Origin: Betaproteobacteria bacterium
GTDB taxonomy: Bacteria > Pseudomonadota > Gammaproteobacteria > Burkholderiales > Usitatibacteraceae
Length of the DNA stretch: 64,000 nt
NCBI GenBank assembly: GCA_025362135.1
Contig: JANYHZ010000281.1
Span: forward strand, 6,389 to 70,388
Direction of reading: 5' to 3'
The notes under the pieces are model-generated. The model was not told the DNA's origin, made no database searches, and worked only from the letters and a program-made list of their open reading frames with translations. The position numbers and the translations under genes were made by a program. Positions 19,036 through 30,086 of the stretch are shown here, one piece after another. Every line of letters starts with the position of its first letter. Within the stretch, counting starts at the first letter, position 1.

Positions 19036-20187
19036 CTAGACCTTCATTAGCCTGCTCGCAGCCTCCGCGAGTGTCGTTTCGCGCTTTGCGAAACAGAAAC
19101 GAACAATCTGTCGATCTGTTGCGTCGTGATAAAACGCCGACACAGGAATGCAGGCCACACCGAATTTTCTTGCCAGAAGTAGTGAGAAGTCGACATCCGA
19201 CATGCCCGCAAATTCAGCGAGGTGGGCGTATTGTGCTGAAACAAAATAGGTGCCATGTGAGGGCTGCCACCTGAACCGCGAGTGTTGCACCTGCGACAGG
19301 AAGAAATCCCGCTTGGCCTGATAAAAATGCTGCAGTACATTGTGCGTGCCCAGTTCCATGTATTTAGCAAGCGCGTGCTGTGACGGCGTATGCACCGTGA
19401 AAACGATGAACTGATGCGCTTTCCGAAACTCGTTCGTCAACGCCCTCGGGGCCAGGCAATACGCGATTTTCCAGCCGGTGACGTGGTAGGTTTTACCGAA
19501 CGAGGAGATGACGAATGCGCGCTCGGCCAGCGCGGGAAAACGCGCAACGCTCTGATGCGGCGCGTCGTCAAAGACCATATGCTCATACACTTCGTCGCTG
19601 ATGAGAAAAATATCAGTGTCGCGAAGTAGGTCGCTCAGCACATTCATATCCTCACTGGGCCAGCAGGTTGCGGTCGGATTGTGCGGCGTGTTGATCATGA
19701 TCGCGCGGGTTCGCGGCGTGATGAGTGCCCGCACCTGCTGCCAGTCGGGCCGATAGTCGGGGAATTTCAACGTCGCAAACACGGGCACGCCACCGTTCAG
19801 CCGAATCACCGGCTCGTAGCTGTCATACACCGGCTCAAAGATGATTACCTCGTCGCCCGGATGCACGATTGCCGTAAGCGCGGTCTGGATGGCCTGGGTT
19901 GCGCCGGCAGTAATCGTGATTTCATGTGCTGCGTCGTAATGGTGCCCATAAAGCGCGGCTACCTTTGCGGCGATCTGTTCGCGCAGCGCAGGTATACCTG
20001 CCATCGGCGGGTACTGGTTATTTCCCGCGCGCATGGTTTCATGCATCAGGTCGATAAGACGCGGATCGCATTCGAAATCCGGAAATCCCTGGCCGAGGTT
20101 GACCGCGCCGACCTCCTGCGCGAGTGCGGACATGGTCGTGAAAATGGTGGTGCCAACGTTCGGCAGCTTTGAAGTAAGTGCTTTCAT
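19036..20187 (-). CDS. Class I/II PLP-dependent aminotransferase (YbdL/methionine aminotransferase-like)
   Basis: It has NLGQGFPDF, NQYPPMAG, and the PLP-lysine context SSFGKTYHVTGWKI. I trimmed the start to MKALTSKLPNVG. Confidence 0.85.
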   Translation of the reverse strand: MKALTSKLPNVGTTIFTTMSALAQEVGAVNLGQGFPDFECDPRLIDLMHETMRAGNNQYPPMAGIPALREQIAAKVAALYGHHYDAAHEITITAGATQAIQTALTAIVHPGDEVIIFEPVYDSYEPVIRLNGGVPVFATLKFPDYRPDWQQVRALITPRTRAIMINTPHNPTATCWPSEDMNVLSDLLRDTDIFLISDEVYEHMVFDDAPHQSVARFPALAERAFVISSFGKTYHVTGWKIAYCLAPRALTNEFRKAHQFIVFTVHTPSQHALAKYMELGTHNVLQHFYQAKRDFFLSQVQHSRFRWQPSHGTYFVSAQYAHLAEFAGMSDVDFSLLLARKFGVACIPVSAFYHDATDRQIVRFCFAKRETTLAEAASRLMKV

Positions 20188-20355
20188 GAGAGCATGATAG
20201 CAGCGCGCTTTATTCCTGCGCTGTCGGCGCGCAGCGCTCAAAGTGGTCCCACGCGCTTCGGGTGACCTGCGACGGCATAGAATGCCGGTCGAAACGAAGA
20301 CTCGCGTTTGAGATTCCGAAGCAGAGGAACCTTATGTCTTGTGATGAGTCTTTAA

Positions 20356-21423
20356 ATGCACACTAAAACATTTCGTTTCAGGGAAATTCCATTGCGCATG
20401 CAGCTTCTACTTCTTTCATTCACGTTTGGCGCGCTGTTGTCTACTTCAGCGATGGCACAATCAACTATCGTGCCAGCAGGGCTCCCGCCAGTCGTACTCG
20501 ACAAGATTCTCGTCAGTGGCGAACAACCCGGACCCGGCATGTGGAAGGTTTCGAACGGTAAGAATGTTCTCTGGATCATCGGTACGCAAACGCCCGTTCC
20601 GCAAAAGATGACATGGCGCGCCAAAGGACTCGAAGCTATTGTTGCCCAATCGCAGCAAATACTCACCGAGCCATCGATAAAAGTGTCAATCAAGCAGATT
20701 GGCTATTTCACTGCGCTGACCATGCTGCCCGCAGCGCTACAGCTTCGCAAAAATCCCGACGGCGCGATGTTGAAGGACATCGTGCCAGCGGATATTCATG
20801 CGCGCTGGCTGGTGTTGCGAGATAAATACATCGATTCATACAATATCAACGACGAAGAGAAAAACATCGAGCGCTGGCGTCCGATGTTTGCCGCGTACGA
20901 GCTTTACAAAAAGGCGATCAGCCAATCCGGCCTCACGAGTTCGAGTCCGGTGTGGCCGGTCATCCGGGAAGCTGCAGGTAAACACAACGTCAAGATCACC
21001 GAAGTACGGTTTGAGCCGACCATCAACAACCCGCGCGCCGCACTGAAGGAGCTCCAGGCTTCCCGACTCGCAGACATCGACTGCTTCGCCAAAACCATCG
21101 AGCGCATCGAAACCGATTTGATCACAATGCGAATCCGCGCCAACGCGTGGGCGATGGGCGACATCAATGCGATTCGAAAACTTCCCTTCGCTGACCAGCG
21201 TGCCGCCTGCGAGGCCGCGATCCGTGACGCCTCATTTATCAAGACGCTCGGCGCGCAAAATCTGCCAGCCCAGATAGAGGCAACATGGCTGAACGCCGCA
21301 GAGGCAGCGCTAAAAAACGACGCGGTTGCGCTCGCCGTGCTGCCGATGGTGCAGTTGGTTTCGCCCGATGGTTATCTGGCGAAGCTGCGCGCGCGCGGCT
21401 ATGCAGTTGAGGAACCAGAATAG
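20356..21423 (+). CDS. Secreted TraB/GumN-like family protein (tentative)
   Basis: It has a signal peptide (LLLLSFTFGALLSTSAMA). The motif GMWKVSNGKNVLWIIGT resembles the LWKV...GT motif of GumN/TraB proteins. Confidence 0.5.
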   Translation: MHTKTFRFREIPLRMQLLLLSFTFGALLSTSAMAQSTIVPAGLPPVVLDKILVSGEQPGPGMWKVSNGKNVLWIIGTQTPVPQKMTWRAKGLEAIVAQSQQILTEPSIKVSIKQIGYFTALTMLPAALQLRKNPDGAMLKDIVPADIHARWLVLRDKYIDSYNINDEEKNIERWRPMFAAYELYKKAISQSGLTSSSPVWPVIREAAGKHNVKITEVRFEPTINNPRAALKELQASRLADIDCFAKTIERIETDLITMRIRANAWAMGDINAIRKLPFADQRAACEAAIRDASFIKTLGAQNLPAQIEATWLNAAEAALKNDAVALAVLPMVQLVSPDGYLAKLRARGYAVEEPE

Positions 21424-21604
21424 CGTCGAATTGAATTCGCCCGTTGCTACGCCAGAGCAGGCGAAATTAAGGGATGTCTAGTACTGGCGGGTGCCTCGTA
21501 GGCTTTTCGTGCCGCAATCCGCGCCAGTGCTTGACTTTCTCGCCCAGTGCTCGATGCTTCCCGCCCGCCTCTTATAATTAGCTATTCAACTCTAGGGGGA
21601 CGAC

Positions 21605-22537
21605 ATGGCCATTGCATTAATCGTTCATGGTGGTGCGGGAAGCTGGCGTCCCGGCTCGGATGACGATGCGATTAAAGGCACGACTGCCGCCGTCGCCGCA
21701 GGCCGTAAAATTCTTGTGGCTGGCGGGTGCGCACTCGACGCCGCAGTCACGGCATCGCTAATACTTGAAGACAATCCGATCTTCAACGCGGGCACAGGTG
21801 CGGTATTGAATTTTGATGGCTTTGTGGAATTCGATGCCTGCGTGATGGTCTCCGCACTTTCACAGATTGGCGCGGTCTCCGGCTTGCAGCGCGTGAAGAA
21901 TCCGATTCTCGTCGCGCGCCAGGTGATGGAAGAAACCGACCACGTTATGCTCACCGGTGATGGTGCCACGCGGTTCGCGCGGGCAATGGGCCACGCGGAT
22001 TACGACCCGATCACGCCCGCACGGTATGCGGATTGGCAGGACAAGAAAGCCAAGCTCGATGTGGCTGTCGGCGCGGATGGGAAAGGTGCGATGAAGATTC
22101 GCCGTTTCCTCAAGAGTCATCCCGAATACGCGGGCGGAACTATCGGCGCAATAGCGCTCGACGCCAGCGGCGTGTTGTGCGCCTGTACGTCCACTGGAGG
22201 TGTGACCATGAAGCTGGTAGGCCGCGTTGGAGATACGCCGCTGCCGGGTTGCGGGACATACGCGTCGAAATTTGCGGCCGCCTCGGCCACTGGTACGGGT
22301 GAGTACGTGATCCGTGCGCTGGCCACGCGACAGATTTCCGACAACGTCGAGCAGGGAATGAGTCTTGAAGACAGTATTGCTTCGGTACTTGACGCGTTGG
22401 GTCGTGACTTTGACGCCGATGTGGGTTTCATCGGCATTGATGCCTTGGGCAATGCAGTCGGCGCACATCGCACGCCGCATATGCCGCACGCCTGGTTCTC
22501 AGGCACTTCGGAGATCGTCGCGAAGATGCGCGCCTGA
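21605..22537 (+). CDS. Isoaspartyl peptidase / L-asparaginase (Ntn hydrolase, asparaginase-2 family)
   Basis: It starts ALIVHGGAG, has the autoprocessing site GGTIGAIALD (Thr nucleophile), and later GTGEYVIR. Confidence 0.85.
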   Translation: MAIALIVHGGAGSWRPGSDDDAIKGTTAAVAAGRKILVAGGCALDAAVTASLILEDNPIFNAGTGAVLNFDGFVEFDACVMVSALSQIGAVSGLQRVKNPILVARQVMEETDHVMLTGDGATRFARAMGHADYDPITPARYADWQDKKAKLDVAVGADGKGAMKIRRFLKSHPEYAGGTIGAIALDASGVLCACTSTGGVTMKLVGRVGDTPLPGCGTYASKFAAASATGTGEYVIRALATRQISDNVEQGMSLEDSIASVLDALGRDFDADVGFIGIDALGNAVGAHRTPHMPHAWFSGTSEIVAKMRA

Positions 22538-23115
22538 TGCCGCGAAAAGACTACATCCTGCTTGAAACAGAACGGCTGGTCTTGCGCCGCATTACCATGT
22601 CCGACTTGGATAACATGTCGCGCATAAACGGCGACGCGGAGGTCATGCGCTACATCGGCGATGGATCAGTGTGGACACGCGAGCAGAGCGAAGCACGCAT
22701 TCGCCGCATCCTGACCGTCTACGAGATTTTTCCAGGGCTCGGGCTGTGGATCGGTGAGGAAAAATCGACCCGGCGTTTCGTCGGCGCGTATGCGTTGATT
22801 TACATCCCGAAGACAGTTGAAGTGGAAGTCGGTTATCGCCTGCAAAAATCGGCATGGGGCCGTGGGCTCGCAACGGAAGGTGCCCGTGCGCTGGTACGCT
22901 ACGGCATGTTCGAGTTGGGCCTTGATCGCGTGGTGGGTCTGACACACCCCGACAACGAAGCATCCAGGCAGGTGTTGTTGAAAACAGGATTGCAACCCCG
23001 TGGATTGGGGCGCTACTACGATAAATCGCTCTGTTATTTCGTTGCGGAGAAAATTAACTTTTCTGCGTTCGCAACACCTGATAAGCCCCCGATGACAGAA
23101 ATACGCCGAAGGTAA
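22537..23115 (+). CDS. GNAT-family N-acetyltransferase (RimJ/RimL-like)
   Basis: It has LETERLVLRR and the acetyl-CoA motif WGRGLATEGARAL. Its ATG overlaps the upstream TGA by one nucleotide. Confidence 0.8.
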   Translation: MPRKDYILLETERLVLRRITMSDLDNMSRINGDAEVMRYIGDGSVWTREQSEARIRRILTVYEIFPGLGLWIGEEKSTRRFVGAYALIYIPKTVEVEVGYRLQKSAWGRGLATEGARALVRYGMFELGLDRVVGLTHPDNEASRQVLLKTGLQPRGLGRYYDKSLCYFVAEKINFSAFATPDKPPMTEIRRR

Positions 23116-24004
23116 TGGCTGCAATACCGATGTAGTCGATGGGTTCGGGCCATTCCCCCAATATTGGAATGGCAGACAGCATGGCCAGCACGGGCACGAG
23201 GGACGCGAAACTGGCACCGAGCGATGCACCCAGAATCGACACCGCGCGCGCGTAGGCGAACAGCGAAATGATGCTGACGAAAACGCCCTGGTAAATCGTC
23301 TGGATGACTATGGGGCCGATCGGCGCGTCCATGATGCGGTGCGGCAGAAACAGCGCGTACATCGGTAGATAGACCAGAGCCGAAAAAACAGACACGACCG
23401 ATGCTGCCTGAAGTGGCGAGAAACCGGATAGACCGGCAGACCGCATCGCCACGGTGAAACTTGCCCAGCACATTGCAGCAGCGAGAAACAACAGGTGCCC
23501 GCGCCAATATCCGCTGGCAAACTCGGTAAGCCCCGCGCCAATGAAAATGAAGATACCGACCGGAATCAGCAGGAGCCCCAGTTTGCGCACACCGGCGATT
23601 TTTTCTCCCAGAAAAAACATTGCCAATAGCGACGCCCATAGTGGCATGGTGCCGGGAATCAGCGCACCCGCATGTGCGGCAGGGGCGAACTGCAATCCGC
23701 TCGAAGAGATCAGCACGTAGGGCACACCGGCGCAGCTGACGATCACCAGCCATTTCTTCAATCCAACACTGCCGATCCCCCAGCCTTGCTGATAAACAAC
23801 CGGGGCCAGCAACAAACCGGCGCAGGCAAACCGCAACGCAGTGATATCGTATGGCGAGAGCGACGTCGTGACGCCATGCCGCGTCAGCAGTATCCAACCT
23901 ACCCAGATCGAGATCGCAAAGAGGCCCCATGCTGCACCTTGCAGATAATGGGCTCTGGCCAGTGACGGGTTTGGACTTGTTGCGGACTGCGGCTGGGAGG
24001 ACAA
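23054..24004 (-). CDS. EamA/DMT-family transporter
   Basis: It has about 10 hydrophobic helices in two halves, which is typical of duplicated EamA domains. Confidence 0.8.
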   Translation of the reverse strand: MSSQPQSATSPNPSLARAHYLQGAAWGLFAISIWVGWILLTRHGVTTSLSPYDITALRFACAGLLLAPVVYQQGWGIGSVGLKKWLVIVSCAGVPYVLISSSGLQFAPAAHAGALIPGTMPLWASLLAMFFLGEKIAGVRKLGLLLIPVGIFIFIGAGLTEFASGYWRGHLLFLAAAMCWASFTVAMRSAGLSGFSPLQAASVVSVFSALVYLPMYALFLPHRIMDAPIGPIVIQTIYQGVFVSIISLFAYARAVSILGASLGASFASLVPVLAMLSAIPILGEWPEPIDYIGIAAITFGVFLSSGAYQVLRTQKS

Positions 24005-24087
24005 GGGAGACTTTCAAAAACTGAGCGATATTTTATCAGAATGGTTACGCTGCCCTGCGCATTTGCCCGTGCCAACCACCTTACAAT

Positions 24088-24552
24088 ATGCCTATGACAG
24101 TCAGCACGCTGTACAAAATTCCGCGCTCCATTCTGGTGATTATTTACACGGCCAAATTGGACGTGTTGCTGATCGAGCGCGCGGATTATGTCGGATATTG
24201 GCAATCGGTGACGGGGAGCATGGAGAAGGATGAAACACCCCGCCAGACCGCTACACGCGAGGTGCTCGAAGAAACCGGCATCGATGCGACGCAATATGCA
24301 TTGAACGACTGGCAGCAGGAAAATATTTGGGAAATTTATCCAATTTGGGCGCATCGCTACGCACCGGGCACGACGCACAACACCGAACACGTGTTTGGCC
24401 TACAGCTTCCGGACCGTGTGAGTGTCACACTGCATGTCCGCGAGCACTTGCAATATGTGTGGCTGGCCTCCGAAAAAGCCGCACCCTTGTGTTTTTCCCA
24501 TTCCAATCGCGAGGCAATACTTGACTTGCCACGCCGCGCGGCAATTCCATGA
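24088..24552 (+). CDS. nudB: NUDIX hydrolase, NudB-like (dihydroneopterin triphosphate diphosphatase)
   Basis: The Nudix box is GSMEKDETPRQTATREVLEETGI, and the preceding WQSVTG is as in NudB. Confidence 0.7.
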   Translation: MPMTVSTLYKIPRSILVIIYTAKLDVLLIERADYVGYWQSVTGSMEKDETPRQTATREVLEETGIDATQYALNDWQQENIWEIYPIWAHRYAPGTTHNTEHVFGLQLPDRVSVTLHVREHLQYVWLASEKAAPLCFSHSNREAILDLPRRAAIP

Positions 24553-24595
24553 AGCGCGACGCGTGGTGGTTACACGATAAACGTGCAGGTGAACC

Positions 24596-25369
24596 ATGAC
24601 CGAACAAATCACCGTAGCCACTTACAACATCCACAAGGGCCTGAGTCCGCTCAATCGCCGCCTGGTGATTCACGACGTGCGCGAAAAAGTGCAGGCACTG
24701 AATGCAGACATTGTTTTTTTGCAGGAAGTGCAGGGCTTGCACACCAAGCATGAGAACAAGTTCGACGATTGGCCCGAACTCGCGCAGCACGAGCACATCG
24801 CGGAGGGCCGCTACACCGATCTGGTTTACGGGCTCAATGCGACGCACAAGCACGGCGATCACGGCAATGCAATTCTCTCGGCGTTTCCGGTCATCAACTG
24901 GATCAATCGCGATGTCTCGCATCATCGTTATGAAGCGCGCGGGCACTTGATGGCGCGCATCGATGTTCCCGGATGGAAAACGCCATTGACCTGCGTATGT
25001 ATTCACCTCGGCCTGTTTGCGCGCAGCAGAAAAATGCAGGTTGAGCGCTTGATCGAATTCCTGCAAGAAGCGTCGCACGATGGACCATTGCTGGTCGCTG
25101 GTGATTTCAACGACTGGCGCGCCGGTGCCAGTGGCACGAGCAAGCGCCTGCGCGAGGCGCTAGGTCTCATCGAAGTTTTCGAACACGCAAACGGCAAACC
25201 CGCACGCACGTTCCCAGCAATGCTGCCAGTTTTTGCGCTTGACAGAATTTATGTGCGCGGCCTTGCGGTTGAGCAATCCAGCAGGTTGCACGGTAAGGTG
25301 GATGGTGTGAATTGGCGCAGCATGTCGGACCACGTCGGGTTGACGGTGACGCTGCGGTCAGGCGAGTGA
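24596..25369 (+). CDS. Endonuclease/exonuclease/phosphatase (EEP) family protein, YbhP-like
   Basis: It has ATYNIHKG, VFLQEV, GDFND and SDHVGL. It sits directly upstream of clsB, as ybhP-clsB does in E. coli. Confidence 0.8.
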   Translation: MTEQITVATYNIHKGLSPLNRRLVIHDVREKVQALNADIVFLQEVQGLHTKHENKFDDWPELAQHEHIAEGRYTDLVYGLNATHKHGDHGNAILSAFPVINWINRDVSHHRYEARGHLMARIDVPGWKTPLTCVCIHLGLFARSRKMQVERLIEFLQEASHDGPLLVAGDFNDWRAGASGTSKRLREALGLIEVFEHANGKPARTFPAMLPVFALDRIYVRGLAVEQSSRLHGKVDGVNWRSMSDHVGLTVTLRSGE

Positions 25370-26568
25370 GACGATCCAGACAGCTACGTATCGTTCCGGG
25401 CAACCACGTCACGCTGCTCAAGAACGGTGGCGAATTCTTTCCGGCCTTGATTGGGGCGATCAATGCGTCAACGGTCGAGATCCGGCTGGAGACATATATT
25501 TTTCGCGACGATGTCGCCGGCATCAACATCGCCGAGGCGCTAAAGCGTGCGGCACAGCGCGGCGTGAAAGTGCAATTGTTGATCGATGGCGTCGGCTCGT
25601 ACAAAACGCCCCAGGCGTTCTTTGATGCGATGCAGCAGGTCGGCATTGCGGTGCTGGTGTTTCGCCCCGAGCGAAAATTTTTCAACATAAAAAAAAGCCG
25701 GTTGCGCCGGGTCCATCGCAAAATTGCCCTGATCGACGGCAAGGTTGGTTTCGTCGGGGGAATAAATTTGATCGACGATATGACAGAGTGCCTGTCCGAG
25801 TTTCCACGCTACGATTACGCGGTGCAGCTGGAGGGGCCGATACTGGCCGACATTTATCTCGAAATGGTCCGGCTCTGGCGGATGGTTTCATGGTGGAAGT
25901 TCGGAAGAAACAGCGCGAGTATTCCGTTGCCAAATTTCCCAAAGCATGTACCGACTGCCATTTTGCGGGAAGCGAAAGTGGGGAACACGAACGCATTCTT
26001 TGCCGTCCGCGATAATTTCCGGCATCGTCGCGATATTGAAAATGCCTATCTCGTGGCCATCCGCAATGCGCGCCACGACATCGTCATCACCAGTCCTTAC
26101 TTTTTGCCGGGCAGGCATTTCCGTCACGCGTTGATATCGGCGACGCGGCGCGGCGCGAAAGTAACGTTACTATTGCAAGGGCGTGCCGACCACCCGATGT
26201 TGCAGCAGGCAACGCGCGCGCTTTACACGCAACTGCTGGGTGCGGGCATCCGCATTTTTGAATACCACCGGAGCATGTTGCATGGAAAGGTCGCGGTGGT
26301 GGATGACGAATGGTCCACGGTGGGATCAAGCAATCTGGAGCCATTCAGCCTGTTTCTGAATCGAGAAGCAAACGTGGTGGTCATCGATGAAACATTTGCC
26401 AGCGCCCTGCGCGCCTCTGTGGTGGAAGAAATTCGCCTGAACGCGACAAAGCTCGATCCGATGGATTGGCAGAATCGAGGATGGCTGGACCGTACGGCGT
26501 CGTGGATTGCGTACGGGTTTGCGCGCTGGGTGATGGGCTGGTTGGGATTCGCGAAGCGGTGGGATTGA
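25366..26568 (+). CDS. clsB: Cardiolipin synthase B (phospholipase D family)
   Basis: There are two HKD motifs, HRKIALIDGKVGFVGGINL and LHGKVAVVDDEWSTVGSSNL. The proposed GTG start at 25366 overlaps the upstream TGA (GTGA). Confidence 0.85.
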   Translation: MRRSRQLRIVPGNHVTLLKNGGEFFPALIGAINASTVEIRLETYIFRDDVAGINIAEALKRAAQRGVKVQLLIDGVGSYKTPQAFFDAMQQVGIAVLVFRPERKFFNIKKSRLRRVHRKIALIDGKVGFVGGINLIDDMTECLSEFPRYDYAVQLEGPILADIYLEMVRLWRMVSWWKFGRNSASIPLPNFPKHVPTAILREAKVGNTNAFFAVRDNFRHRRDIENAYLVAIRNARHDIVITSPYFLPGRHFRHALISATRRGAKVTLLLQGRADHPMLQQATRALYTQLLGAGIRIFEYHRSMLHGKVAVVDDEWSTVGSSNLEPFSLFLNREANVVVIDETFASALRASVVEEIRLNATKLDPMDWQNRGWLDRTASWIAYGFARWVMGWLGFAKRWD

Positions 26569-26612
26569 AGCAGCCGTCCCGCTGGGTCGAAAAACACGTT
26601 ATATAAATTTAA

Positions 26613-26678
26613 AAACACCAGCATTGGCGCGGCTCTTCAGGCAGTTTATGTCTGCAAGGCACGTCAATGCTGGTGTTT
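26613..26678. terminator. 14-bp inverted repeat between convergent clsB and argB (possible terminator)
   Basis: AAACACCAGCATTG (26613-26626) pairs with CAATGCTGGTGTTT (26665-26678). The loop is 38 nt and a T-rich stretch follows. Confidence 0.35.
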
Positions 26679-26708
26679 CGTCTTTTTATGCTGGATAAAG
26701 CGCCTGCA

Positions 26709-27764
<1,056 letters not shown>

Positions 27765-27796
27765 TCACACGCGTTATGGTTGGATAAAAATATCAC

Positions 27797-28792
27797 TTAT
27801 GCAGACTCCGGCTTGGTATCGCGCGACAACAGCTGTTTTACGGTGTCGCGGGGGTCTGCCTGCGCAAAAAGCACCGCATTTACCGCTTCGGTAATTGGCA
27901 TGTCGACGCGATGCCGCCGCGCCAGCGCCAAGGCCGTTTGCGCGGAGTTCACGCCTTCAGCAACGTGTCCAAGTGCGGCAAGAATAGACTGCAATTTTTC
28001 GCCCTGCGCGAGACGTATCCCGACGCTGCGGTTGCGTGAAAGGTCGCCAGTTGCGGTCAAGACGAGATCGCCCAATCCGGTGAGACCCATAAAGGTTTCG
28101 GATTTGCCGCCCATTGCGACGCCGAGGCGAACGATTTCAGCCAGCCCGCGGGTGATGAGCGCCGCCCGGGCATTCATTCCAAGTTGCATGCCATCGCAGA
28201 TTCCAGCGGCGATCGCCATCACGTTTTTCAGTGCGCCACCCAGTTCCACACCGACCAGATCGTCGCTCGAGTAGATACGCAGCGTCGGGCCGTTGAGTTG
28301 AGCGGTCATTTCGCGCGCGAAGTCCAAATCGTTAGCCGCAAGCGTCAGGGCGCACGGCAAACCCCTGGCGACTTCCAGCGCGAAACTCGGACCGCTCAGC
28401 GCGCCATAGCGTATGCCAGGCTTCGTACCCTTGAGTTGGCCGACGGTTTCGTGTGGCAGCTTGCCTGTGTCTTTGTCGAAGCCTTTGCAGGCCCAAAGAA
28501 TCGGCAGGTCTGGCGTGTGTTCGTGGATCAAGGCGGTGATTGCGCTCAAGCCGACTGTGGAGGTGGCTATCAGGGATAAATCTGCACCTGCCAGGGCGGC
28601 GGTGAGATCCGTGTCAATAGTAAGCGAATCCGGGAACGCGATGCCGGGCAAATACCGTTCGTTGGACCGCGTGATTTGCAGGCGCTCAATATGGACGGTG
28701 TCGCGCCCCCAAAGTGTCACAGCGTGCTTTTGAGAAAGCGAGATTGCAAGCGCCGTACCCCACGCACCAGCACCCAGCACAGCAAGCTTCAT
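27797..28792 (-). CDS. gpsA: NAD(P)H-dependent glycerol-3-phosphate dehydrogenase
   Basis: It starts MKLAVLGAGAWGTALA and later has GALKNVMAIAAG. The start ATG at 28792 forms an ATGA overlap with the upstream gene's stop. Confidence 0.95.
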   Translation of the reverse strand: MKLAVLGAGAWGTALAISLSQKHAVTLWGRDTVHIERLQITRSNERYLPGIAFPDSLTIDTDLTAALAGADLSLIATSTVGLSAITALIHEHTPDLPILWACKGFDKDTGKLPHETVGQLKGTKPGIRYGALSGPSFALEVARGLPCALTLAANDLDFAREMTAQLNGPTLRIYSSDDLVGVELGGALKNVMAIAAGICDGMQLGMNARAALITRGLAEIVRLGVAMGGKSETFMGLTGLGDLVLTATGDLSRNRSVGIRLAQGEKLQSILAALGHVAEGVNSAQTALALARRHRVDMPITEAVNAVLFAQADPRDTVKQLLSRDTKPESA

Positions 28793-29283
28793 GCGCCCCA
28801 GACTTGTTGGGCACGCACATAGCCTGCTTGTCCATCGCGGTGCCTCACCGGGAGCCAGCCATCGGCGGTGGCTGGACCAGTCGGTTCCAGAAGGACGGCG
28901 CGCTGTGCCTCGAATACAACGGCGGCATTGCCGTTCGGCGCTATTCGAATTTCGGCGGTGAGGCTGGCAATCTGGACGAACCGTTTGTCGCCCAGGGACG
29001 CGTTTTCCAGCCAGCCAATGGTGTTCCCCGCGTCGCGTATTTTCGTCCATTTGTCCAGCTTCACCAGCACTTCCACCGGATGAAAGCGGGACAGGATGAA
29101 GATTTTGTTCGCTCTGGTGGACAGGCCGTCGTACAGGATCGCCGGTTTTTCACCAATCGATGCGAACAACGGTGCCTGCGAGGGCGATGGTTGCGCCAGC
29201 GCGGGTACCAAACAAAACGCCGCACAAAAGGTGGCGGCGTTTCGGTAAGTCAGGAAAATTTCCATGACGACATTGTGCATCAA
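28789..29283 (-). CDS. Secreted SH3-like domain protein
   Basis: It has a signal peptide (AAFCLVPALA). Two segments look SH3b-like (WTKIRDAGNTIGWLE and GWLPVRHRDGQAGYV). It sits between secB and gpsA. Confidence 0.55.
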   Translation of the reverse strand: MMHNVVMEIFLTYRNAATFCAAFCLVPALAQPSPSQAPLFASIGEKPAILYDGLSTRANKIFILSRFHPVEVLVKLDKWTKIRDAGNTIGWLENASLGDKRFVQIASLTAEIRIAPNGNAAVVFEAQRAVLLEPTGPATADGWLPVRHRDGQAGYVRAQQVWGA

Positions 29284-29289
29284 ATCGTT

Positions 29290-29778
29290 CTAATGCGTCA
29301 CCAACTGCGCGGCGGCAGGGTCGACAACCGCCTGTTGGGAGTCGTGTTGCTTTTGCGCCTGATACAGCGCTTCAAAATTGACAGGGTTCAACAGTACTGG
29401 CGGGAAGCCAGCACGTACGATGGCGTCCGAGACGGTCTCGCGAACATAAGGGTAAAGAATATTCGGGTTGCTGATGCCAAGGACCGGATCAAGATCCGCT
29501 TCCGGCACATTGCGGATCGCAAAGATGCCAGCCTGATTTGCCTCGACCAGAAACATGGTTTTCTCTCCAATCTTGGCGGTGATGGTCAACGTCAACTCAG
29601 TCTGGAACACACCTTCATCGACTTTGCTTGAAACGTGGTGAAGTTGAACATCCACTTGAGGCGCTTCGCGTTCAAGGAAAATCTGGGGTGCATTGGGAAC
29701 TTCCAGCGAAAGATCCTTTACGTAGATCTTTTCAATGGAGTAAACGGGTTGGTTTTCTGGGGTCGTTGCATCAGTCAT
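29290..29778 (-). CDS. secB: Protein-export chaperone SecB
   Basis: It has IEKIYVKDLSLEVPNAP and FAIRNVPEADLDPVLGISNPNILYPYVRETVSD. Confidence 0.93.
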   Translation of the reverse strand: MTDATTPENQPVYSIEKIYVKDLSLEVPNAPQIFLEREAPQVDVQLHHVSSKVDEGVFQTELTLTITAKIGEKTMFLVEANQAGIFAIRNVPEADLDPVLGISNPNILYPYVRETVSDAIVRAGFPPVLLNPVNFEALYQAQKQHDSQQAVVDPAAAQLVTH

Positions 29779-29796
29779 TTCATTTCCCTCGGTAAG

Positions 29797-30081
29797 TTAT
29801 ACGTTTTTCAAAATGTCAGGCGCGAGAAGCGGATCAAGTTCACCCGCCTTGTCCAGTGCAGAGAGATCGTCGAAGCCACCCACATGCCGTTCGCCGATAT
29901 AAATTTGCGGCACGGTACGTCGACCGGTTTTCATCATCATTTCGTCGCGTTGGACCGGATCCAGATCGATACGAATCTTCTCGATCGCTGCCACACCCTT
30001 GGACCGCAGGAGGCGTTCAGCCATGTGGCAAAACGGGCACACACCGGTCAGATACATGGTAATTTTGGGTATCGCCGACAT
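29797..30081 (-). CDS. grxC: Glutaredoxin 3
   Basis: It has the CPFC active site, TVPQIYIGERHVGGFDD and a C-terminal GELDPLL. The start is at MSAIPKITMY. Confidence 0.9.
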   Translation of the reverse strand: MSAIPKITMYLTGVCPFCHMAERLLRSKGVAAIEKIRIDLDPVQRDEMMMKTGRRTVPQIYIGERHVGGFDDLSALDKAGELDPLLAPDILKNV

Positions 30082-30086
30082 CTTCT

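Noticed and set aside
23034-24017. A 327-aa minus-strand ORF overlapping the EamA gene
   Set aside because: It is an alternative frame with Arg/Cys-rich composition and no TM pattern. The 23054-24004 frame gives a typical 10-helix DMT transporter.
24088-26568. NUDIX + EEP nuclease-fold + phospholipase-D gene run as a possible phage-defence cassette
   Set aside because: Each gene matches a housekeeping counterpart. The NudB-like protein has WQSVTG and a Nudix box. The EEP-PLD pair reproduces the E. coli ybhP-clsB operon and includes both HKD motifs of a cardiolipin synthase.
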